From contig JBMSSC010000059.1 of NCBI GenBank assembly GCA_049424145.1, positions 1 to 16,019 of the forward strand: a stretch of 16,019 nucleotides of DNA. The letters run 5' to 3'. Made by a program: the position numbers and the translations under genes. This document shows, in pieces, positions 1-8,888 of this stretch (position 1 is its first letter; each line of letters opens with the position of its first letter). Below the pieces are notes generated by a model, which worked only from the letters and a program-made list of their open reading frames with translations, ran no database searches and was not told the DNA's origin. Source of the DNA: Bdellovibrionia bacterium. Its GTDB lineage: Bacteria; Bdellovibrionota; UBA1018.

Positions 1-1950
1 CTGGGAGCTTTGTTTACCTGCTCTCGAGGAACTGAGCTCACTTCGTTCACCTCGCGATCGCTCACCCTCCCCTCCTGGGCAACCATTCTCTCAGGACACG
101 AGCAAGATACTCATGGAATTCGAAGTAACACTCCGTTTTCTCGAATCACAGGACGACTCACCCACGACTACTTAGACCCCAAGCGTGACATTTTAATTCC
201 TAAAAATTGGACGAAAAACCGTGCCTACCAGATGCTTGAGGAAAATACGGGTAAAAAATCGGATCAAGTTTGGCTCCCCTCTTACTTTCAAAAAGATGAG
301 GTGGTCTTTAACTACATGCCCATTACCAATGGCTCACTTCCGATGGCAGGTAAGGTCATCTCCGCAGCTCTCGATCAGTTGGGTGCTTTTTTCAATGACT
401 CAGGCTATGTTCCCTCCCAGATTGATCGAGTCTCCTCGGAACAACTTGCTCAAGCCATTAAAAATGATCGAGACGGCAAACTGAGACTTGTGATGGTCTG
501 GTACTCTCAAGTCGATGTCGCCTCACACCACAACAACCGAGAACTCCCTGACGCCTATCGCAACATCGATCAAGCGGCTGATCTCATTTTAAGAGAAGCG
601 CGGTTTCACCCCCACCTCAAAGACGCAACCGTCTTCCTCATCTCCGATCATGGTCATAACGGGGGATACGGGCCCTTTGATGAAAACAGCACCATTTATC
701 AGGCCCAGCAGAAGCTTGAAGCCTTAGACCAAGGGCCGTTTTTAGCAAATACGGACTTTAACCTCGTAGAATTCCTTGCCGGAGAATTCCGCGGCTATGA
801 GCAGTATCCATTTGTCGTGGCCTCAGCCGAGTCGCCTGAGCCTAGGTTCTACAATGGACTCCAAAAGAAGTTCAAGCTCCGCTCCTCGCGTTCCATTTAT
901 CCCAGAAACCGAGGACCAGCTACGGCTCTTTTAGACACCTCGGGAGATAGCTTAGCTCAACTCTACTTACGCCCATCGACATCCTCGGATTGGAACCATC
1001 GACTCAGCTTCTTTGAGCTCACCCACTTTGCTCATGAGAAGAGTAAAAAAGTCCTCAATCTCATCGCCGACCTCTTGGAGCTCAAGATCCTCAACCTCAG
1101 CACCACGGATCCAGGTCTAACGCGGCACCTGCTTCAACTCACCGAACAGCACCCAGTGAAGCTCATTGCAATGCCCTTGGTGGGCGACCCGGCTCGTGAC
1201 TCAGTTGAGCCCCTCGGAGCATCTGCTGACACCGGAACCTCAACGCGCGAGCCCGTGCTCGTCATTGGACGATCCCCTGAGCCTCAATCGTTGAAGACGG
1301 CATTGATTTTCACTCGAAGTACACCGGGCCAAGCCGATCGCTTTCGCTATGTGGTCGTCAAGCACTTCACGCAAGACCCGCAGGGCGTGGTTTCAGCTGA
1401 AGTTTCAACTGATCCTCAAGATGATCCGCTGCACTACATCGGAGAGGTAGATGGTGCTGAGGATCCCAGCACGTGGCGAACGGATCGACAGTGGCTCACT
1501 CTCACGCGAGATCATCCTCAACCCACGGCCATCTTCTCCCTGGCTCGAACCTTAACTCTAGCCCCTCGATTCAATGACTCCGAGGATGCAGAGCTCAACC
1601 ATGAGACGAAAAAAAACCGAAGAGCTGAGATCCCGGATTTCATTCTACTTGCAAATCCAGGCTTTGGGTTTCACTCGGGAGCTCCCATGGAAAGTGACCA
1701 CGGCGGTCTCATGAGGGAAGAGGTGAGAAACTCATTTTTCATTAGCTCGCTGAACCCCAATGAATTCACCCGACATGTGAGGCTTGACATGCCAGTCTTC
1801 AGCAGGGACTTCCTACCTACGATCTTAAGCTTTTTAGGATACCCTGAGACACAAACCCATTTCCTGCCTGCGGATGAAACTCAATCCATTAGCCTAAAGA
1901 ATCAGATTGATTCCGCAAACGAGAGGACTTTAAGCGAGATGAGTCCGTGA
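1..1950 (+). CDS. Alkaline phosphatase superfamily protein (nucleotide pyrophosphatase/phosphodiesterase-like), 5'-truncated by the window edge
   Basis: Frame is open from base 1 (CTG GGA GCT TTG...). Motifs: SLTLPSWATILSG (Thr-nucleophile region), QVDVASHH, FLISDHGH and C-terminal SDHGG, typical AP/NPP metal-binding elements. Confidence 0.8.
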   Translation: MGALFTCSRGTELTSFTSRSLTLPSWATILSGHEQDTHGIRSNTPFSRITGRLTHDYLDPKRDILIPKNWTKNRAYQMLEENTGKKSDQVWLPSYFQKDEVVFNYMPITNGSLPMAGKVISAALDQLGAFFNDSGYVPSQIDRVSSEQLAQAIKNDRDGKLRLVMVWYSQVDVASHHNNRELPDAYRNIDQAADLILREARFHPHLKDATVFLISDHGHNGGYGPFDENSTIYQAQQKLEALDQGPFLANTDFNLVEFLAGEFRGYEQYPFVVASAESPEPRFYNGLQKKFKLRSSRSIYPRNRGPATALLDTSGDSLAQLYLRPSTSSDWNHRLSFFELTHFAHEKSKKVLNLIADLLELKILNLSTTDPGLTRHLLQLTEQHPVKLIAMPLVGDPARDSVEPLGASADTGTSTREPVLVIGRSPEPQSLKTALIFTRSTPGQADRFRYVVVKHFTQDPQGVVSAEVSTDPQDDPLHYIGEVDGAEDPSTWRTDRQWLTLTRDHPQPTAIFSLARTLTLAPRFNDSEDAELNHETKKNRRAEIPDFILLANPGFGFHSGAPMESDHGGLMREEVRNSFFISSLNPNEFTRHVRLDMPVFSRDFLPTILSFLGYPETQTHFLPADETQSISLKNQIDSANERTLSEMSP

Positions 1951-3436
1951 CCAATCCAGGCAAAGGTTGAGCGGGCTCCGCTTCGGCTTGGGGCGGAGAA
2001 ATGAGTCCTGGGCTCACAATTCGATCTTGAGGTAGGCGAATGATGACGCTCAGGCTAGTTCCCGCAACTCCAGCTGCGGTGATACTCCCGCCGTGAGCCT
2101 TAATGACCTTGTGAGCCAAGGCCATGCTCAGTCCGTTTTCAGAAATCCAATGCTTGAGAATTTCTTGCTCAGGACCTGCCACCATGGGTCGACTACTCTT
2201 GAGTCGCTCCATGTCTTGAATCACCAACTCCACTCCTCGCGTATTGCCGCTGGAATGCTGCATCAGCTCAACTGAGATCCCACTGGATTCAGACACCGTG
2301 GCTAAGACCTTGGAGAAGACCTGAATCAATAACCGCTGCATTCGAGCGGCATCAATGAAAACCCAAACTGGAAGCGGAGGCACGGAAATGACCATTTTTT
2401 TCCCCACCTCAGGGCCCATCAGCGTTCGGCCCACATCCGCGATCAGCTCGGCTAAATCAACCGTTTTTTCATCGAGCCTAGAATCGAGTCGATTGATGTC
2501 CACCAAATCATTTAAGTCATCTAAACTGCCCGCAAAGATCGCTAACCCTCGTCGCACGGATTCTGCCGCATCGGCTGGTTCCTGGCTCAATGTGCTTTTG
2601 AGGTTGGAACCCAATAAGTGCCCTCCGGATTGCAGCAGGGCCAGAGGAACCTTTAAGTCCGACGCTAAATCCATGATGAACTTATGACGTCCGCGCACAT
2701 GCGTCTCCACACTGGTGGCTAATCGATTGAAGGAGGCTTGAATTTCCCCATACATCCCTGAAAACACGGGAGGATCCTTGGGCACAGCCGCTCCATCCCG
2801 CAAGCTTAAGGCGTACTGATAGAGCCGCTCCAGAGGTTTGTAATAGATGAAATGCCCCCTGAGCAAGGTACTCACGACTAAGATAAAGATCAAAAGTCCC
2901 ACACCCAAAAGCAGGACCAACGAGCGCGACTCAGACTGTGAAGATCCCAAATCCACCGCCGAGATCCTCTGCTGGTTGATTTTCTCGAGGTTCTCTAGTG
3001 TTTTTAAAATTTCATCATGAAGGGATTGGATCTCTGCCTTTTGATAGGCATCTTTTGTAAACAGCATTTGCTCAAACTTCACACTACTGGAGAGGAGCTC
3101 GGCCAGCTGGTCGTTGAGCTGATGCTCGGCTGAAAACTCTTCTGAGGTGGGATTCAGGCGATCCAACTGATTCACTCCCCCAATGAAAAACGCCTTCAAT
3201 TTACTTTTGATCTCTGCATTCTCCTCGGGCGTGATTTTTCTAAAAGTGGAGCTTAATCGACGATAACGCTCCAGTTGTAAACTCAAGGAGTCGAGAATCT
3301 TTTGCCTTTGATACAGGGGCTGAATTTCTGAAGCGCGCTGATGAAGTCCTTGAATGGTGTTCCAATGAATCGAGACGATGGATCCAATGGATGCGATTAA
3401 GATAAAGATGATCCAGAATGAAAACTTTTTAAACAC
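1889..3436 (-). CDS. Membrane sensor histidine-kinase-like protein (2 TM, periplasmic domain, HAMP-like, degenerate HisKA/HATPase); probable pseudokinase
   Basis: Preferred start is GTG at 3436 with AGGAG (complement of 3445-3449) 8 nt upstream, in frame with ORF 1889..3589. TM1 FWIIFILIASIGSIVSI, TM2 LVLLLGVGLLIFILVVSTLL, HAMP-like KPLERL...EIQASFNRLA, kinase-fold tail KVIKAHGGSITA...SVIIRLP. H-box reads LASDLKVPL. Confidence 0.8.
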   Translation of the reverse strand: MFKKFSFWIIFILIASIGSIVSIHWNTIQGLHQRASEIQPLYQRQKILDSLSLQLERYRRLSSTFRKITPEENAEIKSKLKAFFIGGVNQLDRLNPTSEEFSAEHQLNDQLAELLSSSVKFEQMLFTKDAYQKAEIQSLHDEILKTLENLEKINQQRISAVDLGSSQSESRSLVLLLGVGLLIFILVVSTLLRGHFIYYKPLERLYQYALSLRDGAAVPKDPPVFSGMYGEIQASFNRLATSVETHVRGRHKFIMDLASDLKVPLALLQSGGHLLGSNLKSTLSQEPADAAESVRRGLAIFAGSLDDLNDLVDINRLDSRLDEKTVDLAELIADVGRTLMGPEVGKKMVISVPPLPVWVFIDAARMQRLLIQVFSKVLATVSESSGISVELMQHSSGNTRGVELVIQDMERLKSSRPMVAGPEQEILKHWISENGLSMALAHKVIKAHGGSITAAGVAGTSLSVIIRLPQDRIVSPGLISPPQAEAEPAQPLPGLVTDSSRLKSSRLRNQSDSLG

Positions 3437-3563
3437 GTGGCTCTCTCCTTGATTCCAAGGTGGGCATCTTACATAAAAATGAATTTCTGAACAGTTCTTT
3501 TGATTCAAACGGCCTGATTTTTTCAAGTCGCACGCTTCTTCGGTTTCTGTTAAAAATCCAAAG

Positions 3564-5375
3564 ATGGCCAGCCAAACGAAGACCAGCAAGGACCCTCAGA
3601 GCCTCAAAAACCGACTCAAAACCCCATACTCTCTCCTTCTGAGCCTCCTGCTTTTCAGTGGCTGTGACTCCGTTCAGGGAGTCCGTGAATTTTCAGGAAC
3701 CCTCACCGACTTTAGAGAAAAAAAAGCGGTCAAACAAGACGTCTGGATTACCATTTCTCAAGAGAGCCCCTTGCACTCGATCAAAACGATTCACCTCAAA
3801 CGCTTCCCCGGGGATCCATCGAATGACTTAGATTTTAAACCTCTCCGCTGGATCACTCCTGGGTCTTCTTTTTTTGGATCCCTTGGCCGGACGCACCGAC
3901 TGGAGGTAGCGGGTCTCACCTCGGAGTCAACCCCAGTTCAGTTTAAACTCCAGGCACACCGCTTAAAAAAAGATCAACAAGAAACACACTGCTTTTTAGG
4001 CCAAGACTCAAGCACACACTATCATGCCGCCCTCTGCCTCAATGACGCTTCGTTTTCTCTCAAGCTGACGGATCTCCTCTCTCATCGCCCCCTCATTCAG
4101 ATTCAGGGAAACCCCATTCCCCCCGCTCACCATCAACCTACTTTCGAGCCACCAACGACACTGACCCTCAATCAGGCCATCAAACTGGCCACAGCACAAT
4201 CCACCGAATTGCGAGTTGAAAATCAGATCCTCTTTCGCGCCAAGCGCTCGAGTATTGCGGGAAAACTAGCTCTTTTTCCCCATATCTCACTCAACCTCTA
4301 TCAAACGGCATTTGTTCCAGGCTCGCCGCTTGGCGTGATGGCGATTTTAGGAGACCTGGCTCCTTTTCTTTTTCCTTCTCGTTGGCTTAAGGCTCAAGCA
4401 GACACGCTTCAATACCAGATTGAACAGGACACCGCACGCATCGTTCAACTCAACTTGATTTCGCAAGTTGAAAACCTGGCCTACCTCTATGTCCGGGATT
4501 GGAGCACGTACCTCAAGAGCAGCCAGCTTAAGGAACGCTGGGTCAAGGAAGTGATCCCGAGTCTCAGGCATTTGGAAGCTCAAGGCGCACTGCCCGCTCA
4601 ATCCACGAACTTAGCCTTAAGCTACTCCGATCAAGCCACCGAAGACTTAAGGCAACTCAGAAACACGATCCAGGATGATCTCTATACTCTGGCACTTGCC
4701 CTAAACTTCTTCAATCCCAGAGCAATCACTCACCTCGAGCTTGAGGAGGCCGACTTATCGATCGAGCAAGCCCCCTTATGCCAAGACCCCTTTCGGATCG
4801 CTGAACAAGCCTATCGTGTATCCATTGAACGACGGCAACTGCTCACCGCAAGGCGACTGGCTCAAAATGAGAAAAAAACTCTCTACTTTTTGTGGTTTGA
4901 CCCCGAAGGCAGCTCCCAGACCAGCTTGGGACTGGGACTTTTTGAGCAGTTTCAAATGAAAAACTCGTCCCTCATTGAGCTTGAACTCAAAGAGGAGCAA
5001 ATTCAAAAGTCCCTCTATAACACGGCTGAGGTCACCTGTCGGGATTACAACCGGAGTTTAAATAGCTATGAGAAACTGCGCACGATCCAAAAACTCAGGG
5101 AAGAGGTTTTTGAACAGACCCTCACCCGCCTGAAGGAGGCGCAAGCTACCAATGGAAACTTTCGAGTTTCCGTTCAAGACTTTTCCGATAGCTTGGATAA
5201 GCTCCTGAAATCCACGGAAGATTTAGCCCAAGCCATTAGTCACTATCGGATTCATCGGACCCGACTCCACCGAATGCTCTTAAAAGGCCGTTATCAAGAC
5301 GCCCTAACACCCGACCCAGAGGAGGTGGTCTCGCACCCCCCCTCTGACCCCAACGCGGTTCTCAAGGAGCTTTAA
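3564..5375 (+). CDS. TolC/outer-membrane efflux-like protein with lipoprotein signal and an extra N-terminal domain
   Basis: Lipobox-like LLLSLLLFSG|C. From about residue 198, TLTLNQAIKLATAQSTELR...ALFPHISL matches the usual start of TolC-family repeats and is followed by long amphipathic helices. Exact start codon uncertain. Confidence 0.6.
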   Translation: MASQTKTSKDPQSLKNRLKTPYSLLLSLLLFSGCDSVQGVREFSGTLTDFREKKAVKQDVWITISQESPLHSIKTIHLKRFPGDPSNDLDFKPLRWITPGSSFFGSLGRTHRLEVAGLTSESTPVQFKLQAHRLKKDQQETHCFLGQDSSTHYHAALCLNDASFSLKLTDLLSHRPLIQIQGNPIPPAHHQPTFEPPTTLTLNQAIKLATAQSTELRVENQILFRAKRSSIAGKLALFPHISLNLYQTAFVPGSPLGVMAILGDLAPFLFPSRWLKAQADTLQYQIEQDTARIVQLNLISQVENLAYLYVRDWSTYLKSSQLKERWVKEVIPSLRHLEAQGALPAQSTNLALSYSDQATEDLRQLRNTIQDDLYTLALALNFFNPRAITHLELEEADLSIEQAPLCQDPFRIAEQAYRVSIERRQLLTARRLAQNEKKTLYFLWFDPEGSSQTSLGLGLFEQFQMKNSSLIELELKEEQIQKSLYNTAEVTCRDYNRSLNSYEKLRTIQKLREEVFEQTLTRLKEAQATNGNFRVSVQDFSDSLDKLLKSTEDLAQAISHYRIHRTRLHRMLLKGRYQDALTPDPEEVVSHPPSDPNAVLKEL

Positions 5376-5644
5376 GTTTAAATATCTGTTCTCTTTTTCC
5401 TTCAAAATTTTTCCATTTTGTCATAATTTTGCCCACCTGCTTGGAATTGGACTTTTTGGACTCTTCCCAAGCTCAAGGAAGAAAGCCCCGGATCCCAGAG
5501 GGGTTATTCACTTCTTTCGTTTGATTTGGGAATCGTCTTGATTCTAGCCCTAGACTCAGGAGCAGGACTCAAGACCAATCCGATCAGCCAATGAAGTCAA
5601 GCGCTGATCCAAGATAGTGGGATTTTTCTTCAGGAGGTCAAACA

Positions 5645-6385
5645 ATGGGTGCACAGTGGAAACATGCCGGACGAATCGAAAATTCAGCCAAGCGCGGCGC
5701 ATTGATCAGTAAACTGGTCAAAGAAATCTTAGTCTCAGCCAAATCAGGCGATCCTAACCCTGAGAATAACTCTCGCCTGAGAGCCGCCGTGGAAGCTGCA
5801 AAAAAAGCTTCAGTACCCCGAGACAATATTGAGCGCGCGATTAAAAAAGGCTCCGGTCAACTCGAAGGAGCAGCTCAGTATGAACTGATTACGTATGAAG
5901 GCTTTGCTCCTCATCAAGTTCCTGTCATCGTGGAGTGTTTAACGGACAATAAAAACCGCACGGCAGCCGATATTCGAGTTTTGTTTCGTAAAGGAATGCT
6001 GGGTTCTATGGGCAGCGTCACCTGGATGTTTGAGCACCAAGGAGTGGTTGAAGCCACTCATGCTCTAAGTGGGAATCAAGAGGCTTCCCCCATCGACTTA
6101 GAGTCCGTTGCTATTGAGGCCGGCGCTCAGAATGTTGAACCTTTAGAGGCATTTGAGGTGCCTGCAGGAAGCCTGGGTGGTCGATTTTTCTGTGACCGCG
6201 TTGACCTCGATCCGGTGAGCAAACACCTGAGTCAAAACGGCTGGAGTGTCATCCGATCGGAAATGAGTTTTATTGCCAAAACACCTCTGAACCTCTCCCC
6301 AGAGCAACAAAAAGAGGTGAGCGACTTTTTAAACTTGATCGATGACCACGACGATGTGCATCGAATTTATACCGCCCTCCAGTGA
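5645..6385 (+). CDS. yebC: YebC/PmpR family protein
   Basis: Signatures GDPNPENNSRLRAAVEAAKKASVPRDNIERAIKKG, ITYEG, IVECLTDNKNRT, DDHDDVHRIY; AGGAGG RBS at 5632-5637. Confidence 0.95.
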   Translation: MGAQWKHAGRIENSAKRGALISKLVKEILVSAKSGDPNPENNSRLRAAVEAAKKASVPRDNIERAIKKGSGQLEGAAQYELITYEGFAPHQVPVIVECLTDNKNRTAADIRVLFRKGMLGSMGSVTWMFEHQGVVEATHALSGNQEASPIDLESVAIEAGAQNVEPLEAFEVPAGSLGGRFFCDRVDLDPVSKHLSQNGWSVIRSEMSFIAKTPLNLSPEQQKEVSDFLNLIDDHDDVHRIYTALQ

Positions 6386-6551
6386 TGAGAGGGGATCAAT
6401 GAATTGAAGTTTTAGCGAAAGCCTCTGCGTTTCTTTTGAGAAAGGCATGTGATCATCGATGATCTTCCTCCAAAGGGCGTGTAGGTCCTCCAATTCATGC
6501 AAATGCGTCTCAGACTCAAATCGACGGCTGGGCGCATTTTGCACCGGAATG

Positions 6552-7439
6552 CTACTTTTGAGGGGAAGAAGAAACTTTCACCGCAGGAATTCCAGCCCAA
6601 GTTTCTCCTTCAGGAATCACAGTATGGGGCATTACAACAGAATGAGGAAGGACCTTGGCGTGGGCCCCAATACTCACCCCTGCCATGACTGTGGCTTTAA
6701 TGCCAATGACAGCCCCATCCCCAATTTTAACCGGAGCAATGATCAGAAACCCCTTAGCTCCGGAATGAGCAATCAGAGTGGCAGAGCCTCCGATAGTCAC
6801 GCGTTCTCCGAGCTCAATTAACGACGGATCTGAAATGTGAGTACTATTGAGCTGAGTGTCTCGTCCGATCTTCATTCCCATCAACCGATAAAACAAGACA
6901 GCAAACGGGGTGGGCGTAAAGAGTTCTAAAAAGGTATAGCGCGCTAAATAGGTCAGGCCATTATGAACAAACCACCTGAGGGTCTCAAACGAGTGGTAAA
7001 TCCCCCGCCACGGCTTCAACCTGCAGCCCAAAAGAAAATTCACTCCAGGCACCAGCAAAATCATGGTGAACCCATAGAGAAAAAAACCAATCGCCAGAGC
7101 GAACCCCAACGAGAAGGACCTCATCCCCCATGAGAACTCTTGAGAGAACTCATCCACGAGCCTAAAGAAAAAAACTGCGGGCTGAAGCGCAAGGGCAAAA
7201 ATGAAAGCCGCAGCTAAAAACAGAACCAGAACGGCAAGCAGTTGAGTGGCCATCTTAAAGCGCCTGAGCACCAGCTCAAACACTCGTTTAAGCCCCGCCT
7301 CTTTGGATCCTACTTGATGGAGATCTTCAAAAACACGTTTTTTTTCAGTGAAACGAGCAGAATCCTCACTCGACGAGGAGGGAGAGTCTTGCGTCCCACC
7401 GACTACCTTGATGTGAGAGGATCCTTTAGACTGATTCAT
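6552..7439 (-). CDS. Membrane-anchored hexapeptide-repeat (left-handed beta-helix) acyltransferase-like protein
   Basis: Hydrophobic N-terminal segments, then YRLMGMKIGRDTQLNSTHISDPSLIELGERVTIGGSATLIAH and PVKIGDGAVIGIKATVMAGVSIGAHAKV...WAGIPA hexapeptide repeats. Confidence 0.8.
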   Translation of the reverse strand: MNQSKGSSHIKVVGGTQDSPSSSSEDSARFTEKKRVFEDLHQVGSKEAGLKRVFELVLRRFKMATQLLAVLVLFLAAAFIFALALQPAVFFFRLVDEFSQEFSWGMRSFSLGFALAIGFFLYGFTMILLVPGVNFLLGCRLKPWRGIYHSFETLRWFVHNGLTYLARYTFLELFTPTPFAVLFYRLMGMKIGRDTQLNSTHISDPSLIELGERVTIGGSATLIAHSGAKGFLIIAPVKIGDGAVIGIKATVMAGVSIGAHAKVLPHSVVMPHTVIPEGETWAGIPAVKVSSSPQK

Positions 7440-7702
7440 AGATCCTATTTTATCAAATCTAAAACGAATTCAAACAGGAATGTTTTTTGACCTATCTTAT
7501 TGTTATTACTTAGTAAAATTATTCAATGAAGGCCTAAAATCCTTGAAGATTCACCCTCGTCGTGCTCGAACCGGAGGAAGGCTTTGCTCGCCTCGAGACC
7601 CAGTTGAAATCCTGAAATTCCCTCAGCCCACCCGAGGAACTCGGGGCTCCTGCTGAATTCTATGGAAATCCAATTCCCCTTTTTGATACTAACCCCGGTC
7701 TC

Positions 7703-8578
7703 ATGAAAAAAAACGCTTTTGACACCGGACCTTTCTTTAAGCAATGGGCAAAACCTGGACCGATCCCTCCTGGAGCCGCTCAAACGGATCCTGCACTGGA
7801 ACCCAAAGAGGGCGAAACGCTCGACGCATTGTGCGGGCACTACCGAATTTTTCAGCTCAAAAAAGGCCATCGATTCTCGACGGATGACGTTCTGACCGCC
7901 TGGTATGGGACCCTCTGGTGCCCGAGTGCCACAAAAGCCTTAGACTTAGGAAGCGGAATTGGATCCGTTGGCATGACGGCTGCTTGGCGACTCCAAGGCA
8001 CCCACTGGGTCACCATTGAAGCTCAGGATGTCAGTATTGAGTTGGCCAAAAAATCCGCTCAATTCAACGGGCTCACCCACCGGTATGAGATCCGCCACGG
8101 AGACTTTCGCGATCCTGCCCTTTTAGATCCCAAGGAGACTTTTGATCTCATCTTAGGAAGCCCCCCTTATTTTCCGCTCGATTCAGGCGTATTGAGTGAT
8201 CACCCGCAAAAAATTGCGTGTCGATTTGAGGTTCGTGGAACGGTTGCAGATTATTGCCAAGTGGCAGCTCGCCACTTGAATTGGGGAGGCGTGTTTGCCT
8301 GCGTTTTCCCTATTCTCCCGGATCCTCAGGCCCAGCGAGTCAAGGAAGCAGCCGAGCAAAACGGACTGACCATCATTCGACACCGTCCCGTTGTTTTTAA
8401 AGAGGGAGAGCCCCCACTGCTTGGACTCTTTGCGATGACACTCTCAGAACATTTGCCTCCATCGTTTCGAAACAGCACCTGGAATGAGCCCGCCTTGATC
8501 ATTCGCCGATCCGATGGAAGTGCACACCCGGAGTACCAGGCAGTGAAGTTATCCATCGGATTACCCCCGTTAAGCTGA
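7703..8578 (+). CDS. Class I SAM-dependent methyltransferase, tRNA1(Val) A37 N6-methyltransferase (TrmN6/YfiC)-like
   Basis: IFQLKKGHRFSTDDVL (cf. Q...GYRFSxDxVLL), SAM motif LDLGSGIG, motif IV FDLILGSPPYF, followed by ACRFE. Substrate not established. Confidence 0.75.
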   Translation: MKKNAFDTGPFFKQWAKPGPIPPGAAQTDPALEPKEGETLDALCGHYRIFQLKKGHRFSTDDVLTAWYGTLWCPSATKALDLGSGIGSVGMTAAWRLQGTHWVTIEAQDVSIELAKKSAQFNGLTHRYEIRHGDFRDPALLDPKETFDLILGSPPYFPLDSGVLSDHPQKIACRFEVRGTVADYCQVAARHLNWGGVFACVFPILPDPQAQRVKEAAEQNGLTIIRHRPVVFKEGEPPLLGLFAMTLSEHLPPSFRNSTWNEPALIIRRSDGSAHPEYQAVKLSIGLPPLS

Positions 8579-8888
8579 GTTTCAGCTAAAAGAGAAGACT
8601 TCCCTTCCTCACTCATTAGCCTGAAGTCGAAAGAGCTGTGCTTAGAGGTACCCAAACCGCCACCTTTGCCCAAATATGGGCTCTAAAAAGGAAACCTCTG
8701 AAATTAAAATAAATATAAATTTTTTTTATTTATTTTAATTTTTGACTGAATAAAGATTTACTTTCTTCAGATGGTTTGATAATCCGAGCGCAAATCGAAC
8801 TCTAAGCGCTTGAAAAGCGAATCTCAAAAAATAGGTTTCACTCGAAGAGTCGCTTCAAGTTCAGTGGAGTTGTCTAAGCGAGATTGCT

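Noticed and set aside
3437..3589. N-terminal 51-aa extension of the kinase-like ORF as given in the ORF track
   Set aside because: It overlaps the divergent TolC-like gene start and has no evident RBS; GTG at 3436 has AGGAG and gives a normal N-terminal TM helix.
6329..6544. 71-aa minus-strand ORF just downstream of the acyltransferase
   Set aside because: GTG start without a clear RBS, overlaps the yebC 3' end, and has no recognisable motif; it can be neither supported nor fully excluded.
8573..8587. Small hairpin AGCTGA-GTT-TCAGCT at the methyltransferase stop
   Set aside because: Only a 6-bp stem with no U-tract on the + strand; insufficient to call a terminator.
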